This document shows, one piece after another, positions 1 through 13,105 of a stretch of DNA of 64,000 nucleotides. The stretch spans positions 38,688,001-38,752,000 of the forward strand of contig CM060731.1 of the NCBI GenBank assembly GCA_030704615.1, given 5' to 3'. Below the pieces are notes generated by a model, which made no database searches, was not told where the DNA came from, and saw only the letters and a list, made by a program, of their open reading frames with translations. Origin of the DNA: Takakia lepidozioides (taxonomy: Eukaryota > Plantae > Bryophyta). The stretch's first letter is position 1; each line of letters starts with the position of its first letter. The translations under genes and the position numbers were made by a program.

Positions 1-578
1 CAAAGCACTCAAAGAGGCGGAGGCGCTCACTAGGTGGAGCCCCGCACACCGGGTCGTGGTGGGGGTGGCTCCACAAGGGGTGGTGGTAGCTTAGCGGGAC
101 TTAGTGGGGGTGGCATAGGACTGACCTTGGGGCGGAGACCTCGTGGTGGGAGTCGTGGGGAGTCTTGGGACTCGTCACGGTCCATAGGGGCCGTGGTGGA
201 TGGGCCAAGACTCACCGCGACTCATCACCGGGAGTCGAGGGTGTTCGTGGTGGTTCGCCATAAAATAGCATGGTTGTTTGTGAAACCCCCGCGGACAGCT
301 ACAGAAGTATATATAGGGAGTAGTAACCCCGAGAACGGTGCAAGCCCGTTGGTGACCGAAAACTAGTGAGTAAGCGAGCGAGCCGGAAAGCGACCAAAGA
401 GTGGGGAGCTGTTCCGGACTGCCAACTACCAAAGGGAATTCCGTTGGTTCCAAATCGTTGGAGGGTTCTTTGGGAGATCAAAAGGGGGACCGTTATGCCC
501 CGGTGAGCAGCCGAAGCTCCAAGTTGGCCCGGCGGCCAGGTTGGGAGTTAGGCGCGCATCAAGCGAGTAACTATGACA
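1..578. mobile_element. LTR fragment, repeat family A (copy 1, runs off the window start)
   Basis: Near-identical to 47093-47675 in the same orientation and to 63759-64000 in reverse complement. Ends ...GCGAGTAACTATGACA at 578, where it abuts and truncates the PPR reading frame. Confidence 0.8.
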
Positions 579-1679
579 TTTGGTACAATTCCAGCTCTCA
601 TGATGTCACCATGAACCTCTTTGCCTTTTCCCAGGTCTGCCAGGCTTGCACACACATTGCACATACACACGGACGTGATGTGGTTGGGCTTCACCCCTTT
701 GCAGATCATTTGCTCATAGGTCTCCAAAGCCTCCATCCAACAACCAAGCTGGGCATATACTGCGATCATCGCACTCCAGGACACCACATCCCGTTCAGCC
801 ATATGGTCAAATATTCCCATTGCATCCTTGATGCTCCCACATTTGGTATACATATCTATGAGGGTAGTTTCCAAGATGATATTTGGTACAATTCCAGCTT
901 TCCTGATATCACAATGGACCTCTTTACCCTTCTCTAGGGCTGTCAGATTCGCACACACACTGCAAATGCAAACAAACGTGACCTGGTTGAGTGTCCAACC
1001 TTCCAGGATCATTTGCTCATAGGTCTCCAAAGCCTCCCTCACACACCGATGTTGGGCATATCCTACTATCACTGCATTCGCGCATCATCTGCTCATATGT
1101 CTCCAAGGCATTCTTACCACACCCATGCTTGGCAAGTCCTGCAATCATTATGTTCCACGAGATCAAACCTCGTTGAGGCATTTTGTCGAACACTTGGTGT
1201 GCATCCACAATGCTCTTGCATTTGACATACATGTTGACAAGGGTGTTGTGTAGAAACACATTTGGCTTGAATCCACTTTGGATAATGTGAGCGTGCACCT
1301 TCTTTCCAGCTGTTAGGTCTTTCATCTTCATGCTCTTATGCAGGAGACAGACAGAAGTATATGAACATTGTGCTGAAATACCTCCTTGGTTCAAAGTTTG
1401 CAGAGCCTCTTTCAGTTGTCCTGCCTCACTTGGTGTCCTTTGCCCATAAGCACAAGAAGACATCCTCTGGACTCCCTCTCTTGGTCCCCTTTTGGAAGTG
1501 GTTGTCATGGTGGAAGTGCCTGATTTTAGCAGCTGTGGTCCCACTCCTGCTTCCAGTTGACCATCTACCCATGCAAATTTCTTGCAGCTATCAATCCACG
1601 GCGGCTCATTGGTACTCTTGCGCTTGAGATCTGGCCCTCTCGGATGGACCTGGACCCACAACTCCATCACGACCTCCAA
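579..1679 (-). pseudogene. PLS-class pentatricopeptide repeat (PPR) pseudogene
   Basis: ORFs 1017..1679 and 548..1072 contain typical P/L/S motifs (GKKVHAHIIQSGFKPNVFLHNTLVNMYVKC; DVVSWSAMIAVYAQLG; GKEVHGDIMRAG). There is a frameshifting internal deletion near 1075-1082, and the 3' part is cut off by the LTR at 578. Confidence 0.85.
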
Positions 1680-1934
1680 TTATCCCTGCCTTGGCAAAAA
1701 CAAAATCTCCACCTTGCTGTTGAGAGCTACAATGACAAACCATAATTTATCTAGCAAACACCCCAACTGCACCTTCCAGACCTTTCATCTTGATGCACTT
1801 AAGCAAGAGACAGACAAACGAATCTGAATCTGCTGAAATACCTTAGAGCCAAATTGGTCATATCTTTGTCAAATGGGCTCTGTTTGACTCAATTTTTGAG
1901 GGGATAGCTGCAGGAAGGGAAAATCTACCTATCT

Positions 1935-4810
1935 AGACCCAGTGAGAGCCTGCGAGAGGCGTACACTCGTATGAGGCACTTGATAAGTGTGACCCAAGGG
2001 GTTACTGAAGCTCAGGCAATCCAGTTTTGGTATGGAATTCTGGACAAGGAGCTCAAGAGAAGGGTGCGAGATGCAACCCTATTACAAGCAGCCCAACCCA
2101 CATTAGCAGATGTGTTTCTGCTGGCTGAGCGGATTGAGCTCAACATGGTGGAGGAGCGAGTTGTTACCATTGGATTTGGCAAGGACATGCCTGCATGAGG
2201 TGCAGCTGCCAGCCCACAGGCGCAAGGGACTACCCAACAGCGTGGTTAGGGGGGCAAGGTTTCCCAACCCAAGTTCCATGGAGCTTACAGGGGACCTCAG
2301 GTGCAGAGGCCCGTGGCATCTTTTGCAGGCCAACAACAACCAGGGGTGATATGTTGGACATGTGGAGGACCCCATGTCAAGAGAGATTGCCCAGAGAGTG
2401 GCAAAAGGCCGACACAAGCACAGCCTGCACAGTTGCAGTGTGGGCATTGTGGCAAGTATGGGCATGGAGATGCCCAGTGTTTTGACTTGCATCCTGAGTT
2501 GCGCCCAGGCCAGTTCCAAGGGAACAATGGTGGCCGGAGGCGAGGTGGACCAGCCCAGAGAGGACGAGGTGGCCGGGCACGAGGTGCAGGCCAAGGGCAA
2601 GCTCAACATGGCCAAGGACGCGGAGGTTAGGGTGTTGACCAAGGCATGGCCAACCGGCTTCAACAGCTAGAGCAGAGGCTCGCTGCCATGGCTACAGCTC
2701 AGGCGGTACCGGCTCCCAGGCGGGATGGTCCACCTCCTGCGCCTGAGGGAGGAGATATAGGAGACATGGGATTCATGTGCGGAGCAACACTACCACTAGT
2801 GCAGGTGGAGTCTGCTGCAGCCGTGACTCGAGGAGCAGCACGAGTTCCTGAGCCACGAGGTGCAGAGGTGGAATTGGATCCACAGCGTGGGGAGGCAAGC
2901 CGTCATGCGAGGCTTCCTCAGTCATTCACATTGGCGGAGACTGTGTCGACGCCATCCATGGCACCTAGTTCTCGCCCGACTGTTACCGAGGCGGAGGTTA
3001 CTATGCCATTGGGGAGAGCTACACGTGCAGCACTGACACCTGCTACCAAGGCTAGTGCAGCCGGGTGTTATTGGGGGCAGCCACCTCTGTGTGTCAAGCC
3101 CCATTGTTCTCGGCAACCATGATTGCGACGCCGGGGGTAAGACCAGCTGTAGTGTTCAGACTAGCAGCAACACTCTATGAGAGTGAGGAGGTCACTTCAT
3201 CTTCTGCGGAGTTAGTGGAAGGTGTAGTGTCAGGGGGATCCTCGGATTTGAGGGTCAAGACTGCCACGGCTGCGCCATGGCAAGCTGCAGCTGCCAGGTT
3301 GACGGAGCTGCCAGCTAGGCCAGCCTTTGAGCGCGCCATGGTGACACCTGGAGTTGTCTTGTTAGACAACCAGGATGACATTTTCACTTTGAGTGGACCG
3401 GCAGGCAAGAAGTACCGGCCACTGCGGGTCTTGTTGGACTCGGGAGCTCAGCCACTGATGTTGGGCAGAGCTGCTATTGCAGGTTTGAACCTCATGGAGG
3501 CGGATATGGAGCCTTGTCCTTTCCAGATACAGACATCTCTGGGAGGATCAGAGCAGGCTCGGGGCATTACACGGCGTGAGTTGGCCATTAGACTGCAGCC
3601 GAATCATCCTGTAGATGGCTCAGTGATGCGAGCCAAGGCCATTGTGACAGACGCGGTCTCTTACGATGTCCTCGTTGGTGGGGCAGTGTTATATCCCATG
3701 GGCTTCACCCTGGACTTTTGGGAGGAGTCAGCATCCTACAGGCCTGGATGACAGTCAGGGGATGGTCGTCGTGCATAGCTCCCTGTGACATTCATTGGGG
3801 TATTGCGGCTGCCCAACGGGGCAAGATGCCAATACTAGCCGCCTTTACAGCTGCAGTTAGTTGGCCTGGAGAGTTGCTGGAAGGCAATGCCCATGCAGAG
3901 GATGTGCTACCTCCAGCAGAGCAGGATGACATGCATGGTATGGCGGAGTTGCCTGCCATGGTTGCTCACACTCCATTGTGGGGTATGAGCAAGGATTTGC
4001 AGCATGTTGCTGATCGACGGGTGCAACAAGCCTGGGTAGAGGCTTTTGTACCATCAGGAGAAGAGGAGAGTGCGGGTATTGCACCAGGACCACCTCAGTT
4101 GTCACCATTGGATACCACACCTATTGTGTGGCAGTATCCGGATGAAGGCATTTGCATTCTGGACTTGTTTGGCGGGATCAACACCGGATTGGCTGCTGTG
4201 CTACATGCAGGTGTGCGGGTAAGGCGTTACCTGTATGTGGAGAAAGATGAGACTGCACGACGCGTCTCACTGCGCCATGTTGCTCAATTGGTACAGCAGT
4301 ACCCTGATTTGTTGCTAGTGTCTGCAGTTCGTGGATACCAACAAGCCTTGCCATCAGACATTTCATTGTTGGGAGCAGGTTGGCTCCATTGATCTGGTAG
4401 TGGCAGGTTGGCCCTGCCAAGGGCATTCATCAGCCGGGCATGGCAATGGATTGCGAGACTCGATGACGGGTCTGTTTTGGGAGATGGTGCGGGTTTTGCG
4501 CCACTTGCAGCTTCATCAAGCTGTATCTCCAGCATACATCTTGGAGAATGTGCCACTGATGGGTGATTCTCGGGCCAGGGTGATGGCCGGTGTGCATCAA
4601 GTCCGGTCGTGGCTTGCTCAAGCGTGCATTTGATGGGGTGCAGTGGCCAGCACACCTCAGAGTGGATAGCATTTTGGACACAAGGAGGCAGTCTCAACGT
4701 GTGAGACACGATGACCGTTCGCCTTTGGCAGTGGTCAACAGGGTGGGTCAACCACGAGCAGCATTACCTACACTGCTCAGCTTCCCAGGATCCCATGCTT
4801 TTCGGGGTAG
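1935..4810 (+). mobile_element. Degenerate Ty3/Gypsy-type gag-protease-DNA methyltransferase region
   Basis: Gag-like segment (ESLREAYTRMRHLI...QAIQFWYGILDKELKRRV), two zinc knuckles (CWTCGGPHVKRDC, CGHCGKYGHGDAQC), an RGG-rich stretch and the aspartic protease motif RVLLDSGAQ (about 3425-3451), followed by C5-MTase motifs. Several stops and frameshifts. Confidence 0.8.
4141..4810 (+). pseudogene. C5 cytosine DNA methyltransferase domain embedded in the retrotransposon polyprotein (disrupted)
   Basis: Motif I ILDLFGGINTG (from 4156), motif II YVEKD, motif IV IDLVVAGWPCQGHS (catalytic Cys codon 4415-4417), LFWEMVRVL, motif VI YILENV (4535-4552). Frameshift near 4378; apparent deletion near 4620 removes motif VIII; motifs IX-X are not seen. 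Confidence 0.85.
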
Positions 4811-6931
4811 CCTCTTCCACTACCTGAGTCATGTCAATCTCAGGCCGACATATTCATTCATTCATTCATATACCTCTTCACTGCTGCAGTCGTCCTTCAT
4901 TGAGTTGCACTCCGAATCAAATGCTCTGTCCGATATGCAACAAACTCTTCAAGATTGGACGGTAGCTCAAGGCAAGAAAGTGGAGGATCTATTGAAGGCT
5001 CAGGAGCAAAGGTACGATAGAAAGCGCCGGAAAGAACTAAAAGACCAGGAAACGAGGTTTCAGAAGGATTCTTCTAAGGCCAGCCATAGTGATATGTATT
5101 CTCGCATCCTTGCTAATTTGGATGTGCAAAAGCGTGATCTCAAAGCCAGACAGATTGTTGCGGATATCAGGTTGACTAGGGTCTGCGCATTGCTAGTTGA
5201 CGACTCCCTCCGTTTTGCTGGAAGAGCTTTCTTTGACAAGTTCGTAGAAGCCTTCTACGTCAGTGCAGGGGTTCAACACTTGTATACAATTCAAAAAACT
5301 GCATGGCTGGGGTTACTGAGCCAGCAAAGCATGTTGGAATTCCCATCTACCCTTTCGGGAAGCGATGCAAGTTACCCCCACCTTGTTGGAGGCCATGAAG
5401 AATTTCAAGACGCTTTTGGGGTTGGGTAGCCAAATTAACAAATTGCATTTAGCATGACCGATATTGTTAAATAGCAGCCCGCAAGGGATTGAAGATGGAT
5501 TTTTCATTGTTGTCTTGTTGATCAACCTACGCCATAGAATATGCATAATGTTGAATGTTGAATGTGAACATGCTAGACTTGTGATTGTGAACGAGGTGAT
5601 ACAAAGATGGCAAAAAAGAGCATAAGCAATACCGACCCTCGGCCATTGGATGGTCGAAATGTTTCTGGAGGATTATCGCTCCAAAGCGCCAAACTAAGGT
5701 GACCTAGTGTATGTTGCATGTTAATTTTGATCATTTTGATGCAAGCCTGTGTATTTGAAAGGTCATCAAACTTCTGATTTGCAAATCTTGATATCCTTGT
5801 GTTCGGGATGTTTAGGCAAAAATTTAAACTCCTTCACAGACTGAAGGCTGAGCCTTTGAACAAAGCAATTGCGTTTGATGGGGCATTTGATGACGAGCGT
5901 CATATCCTTGGCATGTGTAGAATGAATTGTCTGGAAGGAAATGGGCTTGCATAATGTTGATGTCATGAAAATCTGAATGAGTACATGAGGGCTAAAAACA
6001 AAGTCAATAAGAAAATCTCTTTTCACAAATCAACAATTTATCTGAGGATGAGACGGTAGATTGCTCGTGGCATATTATACTCTGAAGGAAAATAGGATAT
6101 AAAATTGGAGATTTAGAGTTTAAATTCCAACTGGGTTTACTAGCCAATTACACCCCTCGATGTATCTCTCTGGGTAGTTTCCCATGTATCCAGGCCTTCA
6201 CGGCCCTTATTTTTTCCTCTTGTATCTCATTATTCTCCTTTAATAAATTCCAGGGCCTCAGCCTCTGTTCTATTTTTATTTTATTTTCTTTTAAAAAAAA
6301 AAAACTAGCCAATAGGTTCTCAAACATTGCACGTCACTTTCTGACATTTTACCACATGGTTTTCTCAAACTATCAAAACAATCTCCCATTTGAATAAGAA
6401 AATATGACGCCTTTTCCATGTGACAACGGAAAATGTAAACAGCAACATGGACAGCTTTTCTAGTTGAACTTATCACGAACCCAAAAATTTCCTAATAAAA
6501 CGGAATTTGATAACACCAGGTAAAAATGCTTTTACTTTGCTTAATGTCTGATCATGTTTGGGTTGCAGCTTTGCTTGATGTCTAATATTTCTTGATTAGT
6601 ACAAAGCATCTAGTAAAATGCATAGGTAATTGCCAAGTAGTAACTCAAAATAATCTCCATGTAGAAAGGTACACAACCCAATAGGGCACCTAGTAGAGGA
6701 CGAGTTGCAGATGGTGTCGAGACACACTTCAAATCACTGTCGAGATGTGTATGGGGGAGAAGAGAGCCTGGAAAGAATGAAGGAATTTTGGGACAGGAAT
6801 ATGTACACAACAAACAAACAGACCTTCAGAGACACAAAGTGAGGAAGATTTCAAGACAAGGTATAACCCAGCAGGGTTCAGGATATATATGAGTCTTGGA
6901 GTCTATAGGATGGAGAAACTAAGATTTTGAA

Positions 6932-9047
6932 TCAGAGACCAACAGAGCGGACTAATCTTAGAACCCCAAAAGTGATAAGCATGGCCAACCATCCACCAAC
7001 CAGCACCCGCAGTGCTGCCCTACTCATATTGGCCCCACCCAGACGAGCCCCTATTGCTCCAAAAGCAGCAAGTGCAGCTGTGGAGGCCACTACAATGACT
7101 GCCAGCCTGATTTTGAAGCTGGCAATGAATGACCCCGATAAGAGTGGCACTGCCCCACCCATGGCAAAAGCAAAGGCTGATGCCATAGCTGCTTGCAGTG
7201 GATTGGCGAGCGTGTCCATGTCAATGCCTAACTCGTCCCGCGCATGTGCTTTCAGCACATCCACTCTGGACATCTCTTCAGCCACCTGCCATGATAGGCA
7301 CTGTTAGGCTGGGTTTTGGGGCTGATCGTGATCCTGATAATGTGAAGCTTTGGAAAATAAACATGCAAACTTCAAACTTGAAAGACGTGGACAGAGACTT
7401 GAGACTGCACAAAGACCTGCTTAGCAAGGTAGTAATTTAGTCCTCTTCCAACATATATTTGTGTAAGCTCTTCAAGCTCTCGGGCACAGGCCTCTGGTCC
7501 CTTCAAATGCTCCTGCACGTCACCATAGATTTTATAAACAGCATTACATAAAGGTTTTATGTAGCTCTCAGGTCAGAATTGGTGTTGACTTTTATTTCTC
7601 TCATTTGACCAACCACACATCCCATTTCTAGAGGATGTGGTAATCCTTGGGTGCAATGGTGATAACTTTCCCACACTTCCTCAATGCACTGCTATAACAT
7701 TTGATAGTCTAGCTGGGAACATACCTAGCATCAGAAACTCGCCATCTCCTGCAGTTTTAGTCAAAGTTATGTACAAAGATTATTGACTTTGCAGTCATGG
7801 TTCAACGTCCCTGAGGTGAAACTCTCCCCACATTCTCCATACATTTCCTGGAGTAGAGTGAGTGTCAATATGGACCACGTAGTACTTTATCATTGTTGGA
7901 GACCAGACACAAGGGTTGCACGTTTTTCTGTAACATTTTAAGGACAATTTTAAGGTTTTCCTTGAAGCTCAATCCTGATGTGCGAGCTCTTTGATCATGA
8001 GCAGTGGAAGAACCAATAGGCCGATTGGCCTTTATAGCGAATTCAACTAGCAAGGTAGCCAATGCAGATGCACCCTCAAAGACTGATAACCATATGGGTT
8101 CCTTAGCCTATTGTGCAATTTTTGGTACTGGGAATGTGAGGGCAGCACTGACACCCTGGCGGAAGATTATGTCGTGCCACTCGTGTGAGTGACAAGTTGA
8201 TGAATTGGGTCCTAACATTCACCAAAATCAAGTAGATGTATGTCGAACTATTTGCTTGGAGAAAAGGTGGGTGATTGTTGGACTAGAAGAGATTCAGTCA
8301 TTCTTGAGAAACTCGTGTTGATTAGTGAGTGTGACTGCACAGCACTTCTGTTGACCATCATTGTAAGTTTCTTCGCTTGCCTAGACTGCCCAACGGATCC
8401 TTGATTACGTCTCCGCAGTGCTGTAATTAAAACTTGCGATAGTGTCTAGACAATACCATTCAACTGTGATAAATTTGGTCTGCTAATCCAGTTTTGCTTC
8501 ATTTATTGCGCCTGCAACCTAAGATCTGATTATTGAGATCCAAATCGCCTAAAGAGTATACCTGACGCTCCTGCTCGAGGTCCGCAAGCTCCGTGTCCCG
8601 TTGGGAGAAGACTGACACAAACTCCCCAATGGCCATGCTGCAACCTCCAGCAACCAAACCTGCCAATCCGCTAAGTACCATGGTCTTCCCATCATACTTG
8701 GAGACGGCTCCGACTCCCAACATAAGGGAGGCGATCGACACGAGCCCATCGATAGCCCCCAATACCAGTGCTCTCAACCAGGGAGACCTATGGGAATAAT
8801 GCCAGTGGTCCGGGCCTGGACGTAAAGGGTTGTCCATGTGATTGGACAAGTCAGTTGATGACTGCGGTGGGGAATCCGGATACGAGTTCATGGGATCTAA
8901 TGAGGTCGCTGCAATGAAATGTTCTACAATTGGAATAATCGGAGAGGGAGCTTGGATCAGTAATATGTTTTTGGTCACAGCCAAATTGTCGATGCTGTCC
9001 GGGGCATCGGTGGACAACACGTGCCTTTCCGTGGAAAATTTTCCCAT
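6932..9047 (-). CDS. VIT1/CCC1-family vacuolar iron/manganese transporter
   Basis: Exons about 9047..8562, 7512..7417 and 7285..6932 with in-frame GT-AG junctions. Motifs WLRALVLGAIDGLVS, GLVAGGCSMAIGEFVSV, ELEELTQIY, HARDELG and NPLQAAMASAFAF. Start codon uncertain. Confidence 0.9.
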
Positions 9048-10957
9048 AGTTATGCTCTTTGGATTGAATGGCCGTTCTGGTGGGGAAATCCTACAAAAGG
9101 CTTGGATTCATTTGGGTCCCGCGACACACCAAACCCCTTTTTCCTTCAAGACAGCACATTGAGGAAAGGATCTCGAAAAGAAGGAGACAGTGTCTAGGTG
9201 TGTCTTGTCAGACACGCACATAACCATGCTGTCACTTACAGACACTGCAATAAACCGATGGCAAATTCAGTGTCAAGTCAATTGAGAACCGTTGCAGGCT
9301 TACTGGCATTATGAATTGGATCATACAAATTAATCTCAAAGTGAACCCAAAGTGAAATACGGACATCGACAATAGGAGCGACTTACTTGAACATAGATGT
9401 AAGATCTTTCACATAACCACAGCTAATCAAACATGGAGTCGATGGAAGAAAGGCCTGGAGATCACAGACCGAGGAAGAGAGAGGGAGGGGGACTAGAGCA
9501 GCAAGTTAACGAAAGATGCCACGCTTTGCTTATTTACAATCCGGTAACTGTTGCTGTCAAAAAGAAATGGCAGAGCAAACGCTTGAACCCCAAAGGACCA
9601 GAGAGATTGAACCAGAACTGGGTGATCGGAACAAAAGAGGGAGAGCTGAATAGGTGCGAGAGGGGAGGAGAGCGATGCGTGTGGATCAACTCCGGACCAT
9701 GAAGACCCACAGACGGCGAGAAGAGCAGTAAGGGGCGTGTGGCGGGGGCACGGGCGTGAAGGAGGTGGCGCACGCTGCTCCTGCTAACCGGCAGTTCCTG
9801 CAGGCTGCCCGCTGCCCGCCCCACGCTGCCCCCTTAAAGGCCGGGTACAGCCGTCTGTACGCAGCGGGGTAAGTATGTACTCGATGCAACTGCTTTTTGT
9901 GCTTATGGGGGATGAGGGAAATGTGTCTGTGTCCAGTCAGTTCAAGGAGGACTTGTTACTGCCCATGGAGGAGAAATCCTTGAAAGCGGCTTATGGGTGA
10001 GACAAGTAATCGAGGTGTATTTTTCTACTAGTTCTAATCTGCATTCCTCAATGAATCCTCATGTGGGGAATGGATACTGAAACATACCCAGCTTTCATTG
10101 GTGCTCCTTCTAATGGAGCAGAGATTTAAAAGATTGTGCTCAATGTTGTTCAAGCACTCCTTCACATTCTGTGCCCAAATGGTGCTGAAGACATTGAAGT
10201 TGGGGGGGTTGTGGGGATGCTGGCAAAGAGAGGAGTGCTGTGGGAATAATGTACCATCTTCTCTCATCATTCCAACATGAGTGGACCCAGTCACAGACAC
10301 GTGGAAGCATTGTGTCCACCCCTTATGCGCTTATGTGTAAGGTAAAGAGTTCGAAATCACTAGACGGTTGTAAGTTATTGATCACTGACCGGTTTATTTT
10401 CATGTTGTTTTTTTTTGCTCAAACTGGGGTATTGCTGCTGGGTACTGCTCTGGCATGTACAGATATATACTGAAAGAGAAGAAGCAGGGAAGAGCATTGG
10501 ATCCTGTCACAAATTTCCATGTCCGGAACAGTTTACCTTTCCATATCCGTCAGAGTTTCTAATCGGAGTATCCAAGATAGGTCTGGATCTACACATTCCA
10601 CATGTTTAGTGGCCTAGATATTTTCTAGAGCTACCTTGCCTTAAGTTGATCAACTGAGAACCCTGCAGTGACTTGCTTCTGAGTAGTTGCTTGGACAGGT
10701 TTGCTTTTAAAGGATGATTTGGGTTACTCATAACATGTATTGTGTATTGCAGCTACTTTCCAAACTGGTTGATTAAGTAAAGTGTGGCATGCATGGAATG
10801 TTGAGATGGAAGGGCATGGCTGGGAGCAGAGGTGGAGCGGCTGAATTGGATGGGGGTACATCATGCAAAGGTCTGGAGGAAAGTGCAGGAATCATGGTGA
10901 ACTACATCTACAGGTATTATGCAGGTCAAACTCTCTAAGGACGGTTCTAAGGGGAGA

Positions 10958-13105
10958 TGTGCAGGATTAAGTGCGGGAGCGTCAAGGGTGGAAAGGAAGT
11001 GTTCGACCAAGACTCAAACCATCCAATAATATTTTCCTTCCCAAGTTACCCCCCTTCAATTATTAACGCGTTGGGTTGTTCCAAGCCCTTTACCCAGCGG
11101 TCCGTTCCCGCTGCAGGACGCGTGACGCGCCCGCTCGGACCAGCAGTCCCATCCCCACTGGCCGTCGCAAGGACCGCGGGGTACAACAGTGTTAAATTTT
11201 TGGGGGCTGGTCCAAATTTTTGGGGGCTGCTGCTGATGTGGCTGTCGTGCAGTCTACCGAAAATATGGTCAACGCCTAAAGGCGCGCAGTGGCGGCAGGC
11301 CGCCCATTAGGCATAACCATGGCTTGGCTATTCCCAAGCTTATCCCCTTTTGGTGCCTCCTATTTAGGCCACACCATCATCATTATGGCATGTGTACTTA
11401 AGAAATGCATCATGGCTAACCCCAACCACATGTTAGTATGGTCTTCCTAAGCTTTTCTAACCTTGAAAGCCTTGTGACTAAGAATTTAGGCCTAAAAATT
11501 AATTTAGGTGAGAAATTAAATTTCCAGCGACCTTGAAAACTAAAAAAAAAGGCAAAAAAAGGTGTTAGCTTTCCCCCATTTCCTCTCTTTTGGGGGAGGG
11601 ATGATGCTTAACTGCCGAGGCCACTTGAAGAATAAAAGTAGACCTAGTAAACACTAAGTCCTACTCACTTGCTTCAAAAGAAAGAACACAAAAACAACAC
11701 AAAGATTTCAACTAAGCTTATGCAAGCATGTACTCAAGGGTTAGTGGGTTAGCTCTCTCACTCTCTTGGTTAACACACATACAAAGAGTGCCTAGTGGCC
11801 AATAAAAAGAGAACCTCTACCCATCTGAGAGTTACTCCACTACATGCACTATAGGGTTACATCTTTCCACTCTTAAGACAAAAACAAAGAAACACAAAAC
11901 AAAATGACAACTCGTTGGGCCTTTTGGCCACTAAGGAGAGTTAATATCCCTCTCTTTCCCAAGCTCCCGCCACTCTCTTGTTAGTAGGACCAAGCTAAGA
12001 TTAGTACAAAGGGCTTCCAATAAACAAAGCACAAAAGAACAGAGCAAGAAATGAACAAAGGACCAAGAGACATTTCTCTCCACTCTAGAATGTTTTCACT
12101 TGGCTAAGTGGACTACCAAAACCTAGGGGGAAGGGATAAAAGTTCACCTCTCCTATGGGGTTTCTTACTTCCTACCTCCTCTTCTCTCTCTAGGGGCTCG
12201 CCACACTCTCAAGTTGAAACACCACTCATTTTTTGGGAAAGATCTCTCTTTTTTCACTTCAAAAATGACATTTGGTCTCACAAGCTAGGCACCTAGGGTA
12301 TCCCCAGTCTTCCTAAGCTTCACTAGTTGCTTCTTCCAAGCTTGCCCAAAGAAACTAGGCTAAGCTCTAAGCACACAAGCAAACTAGGACTTCACACTAA
12401 GTTGCATAAAGCAAAGCTTGTCTCTCTCCACAAACTCCTAAGCAACTAACTAACAAGCAACTGACAAGCAAAAAACTAGAAGTAAAGTGGTGAGCAAGCT
12501 CACCTCTTAAGCCCTATATACTAGAGATACTATAAACAATGATTGGATGGAACATCCAAAATCCTTGGATGAAAGAAGATTTCAACATTTCTTGGTTGGT
12601 AAGTGTTATATTTCATCTAACCAGCTGTCCTAGGGCGCTCTTAGATTTTTTAGGCTAAAAAATCCACTCCATTTGAATTTTTGTGGCCACGAATGCTCGA
12701 AAACTCCAAAAATAGTGAATTATTGCAAATTTCATTCAAAATTCTTAAAACTTGGCCAAATTTTCTTAAGGTATCCTTGTAATCCCCACAAAATTGCAAC
12801 TCCATTTGGAAAATGACCAAGCCGCAATTCGACGTGAAAACATAGTTTTCAACGCGTAACATATTTTTTGGTTGTGGAAAAATCGACGCTTGGGGCTGAA
12901 ACTCTTTCCACATGATATTGTACCGCTATCATCCACACACAAAAAATCCTTCCCCAAACAGCGTTCGATTCTGCCTTCGTCATATTTATTGAAGATATTT
13001 CGCATAGCAAAATCCCAGTCGCCAACTACTGCCGGATAAAACCTCTTTAGGATTTTTAGTAGGAGACCAAGACTCCTTGGAAGCTCCTTGAATTGAATTC
13101 ACACA
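10958..13105. mobile_element. Putative long solo LTR or LTR-retrotransposon non-coding remnant
   Basis: Starts TGTG after a purine run (AAGGGGAGA) and ends ...TTCACACA, with weak imperfect terminal inverted similarity. No credible ORF and LTR-like composition. No target-site duplication found. Confidence 0.3.

Noticed and set aside
30-481. Short ORFs in the first 500 bp (and at 46817-47493)
   Set aside because: They lie in LTR sequence, and the frames are not preserved between the two copies.
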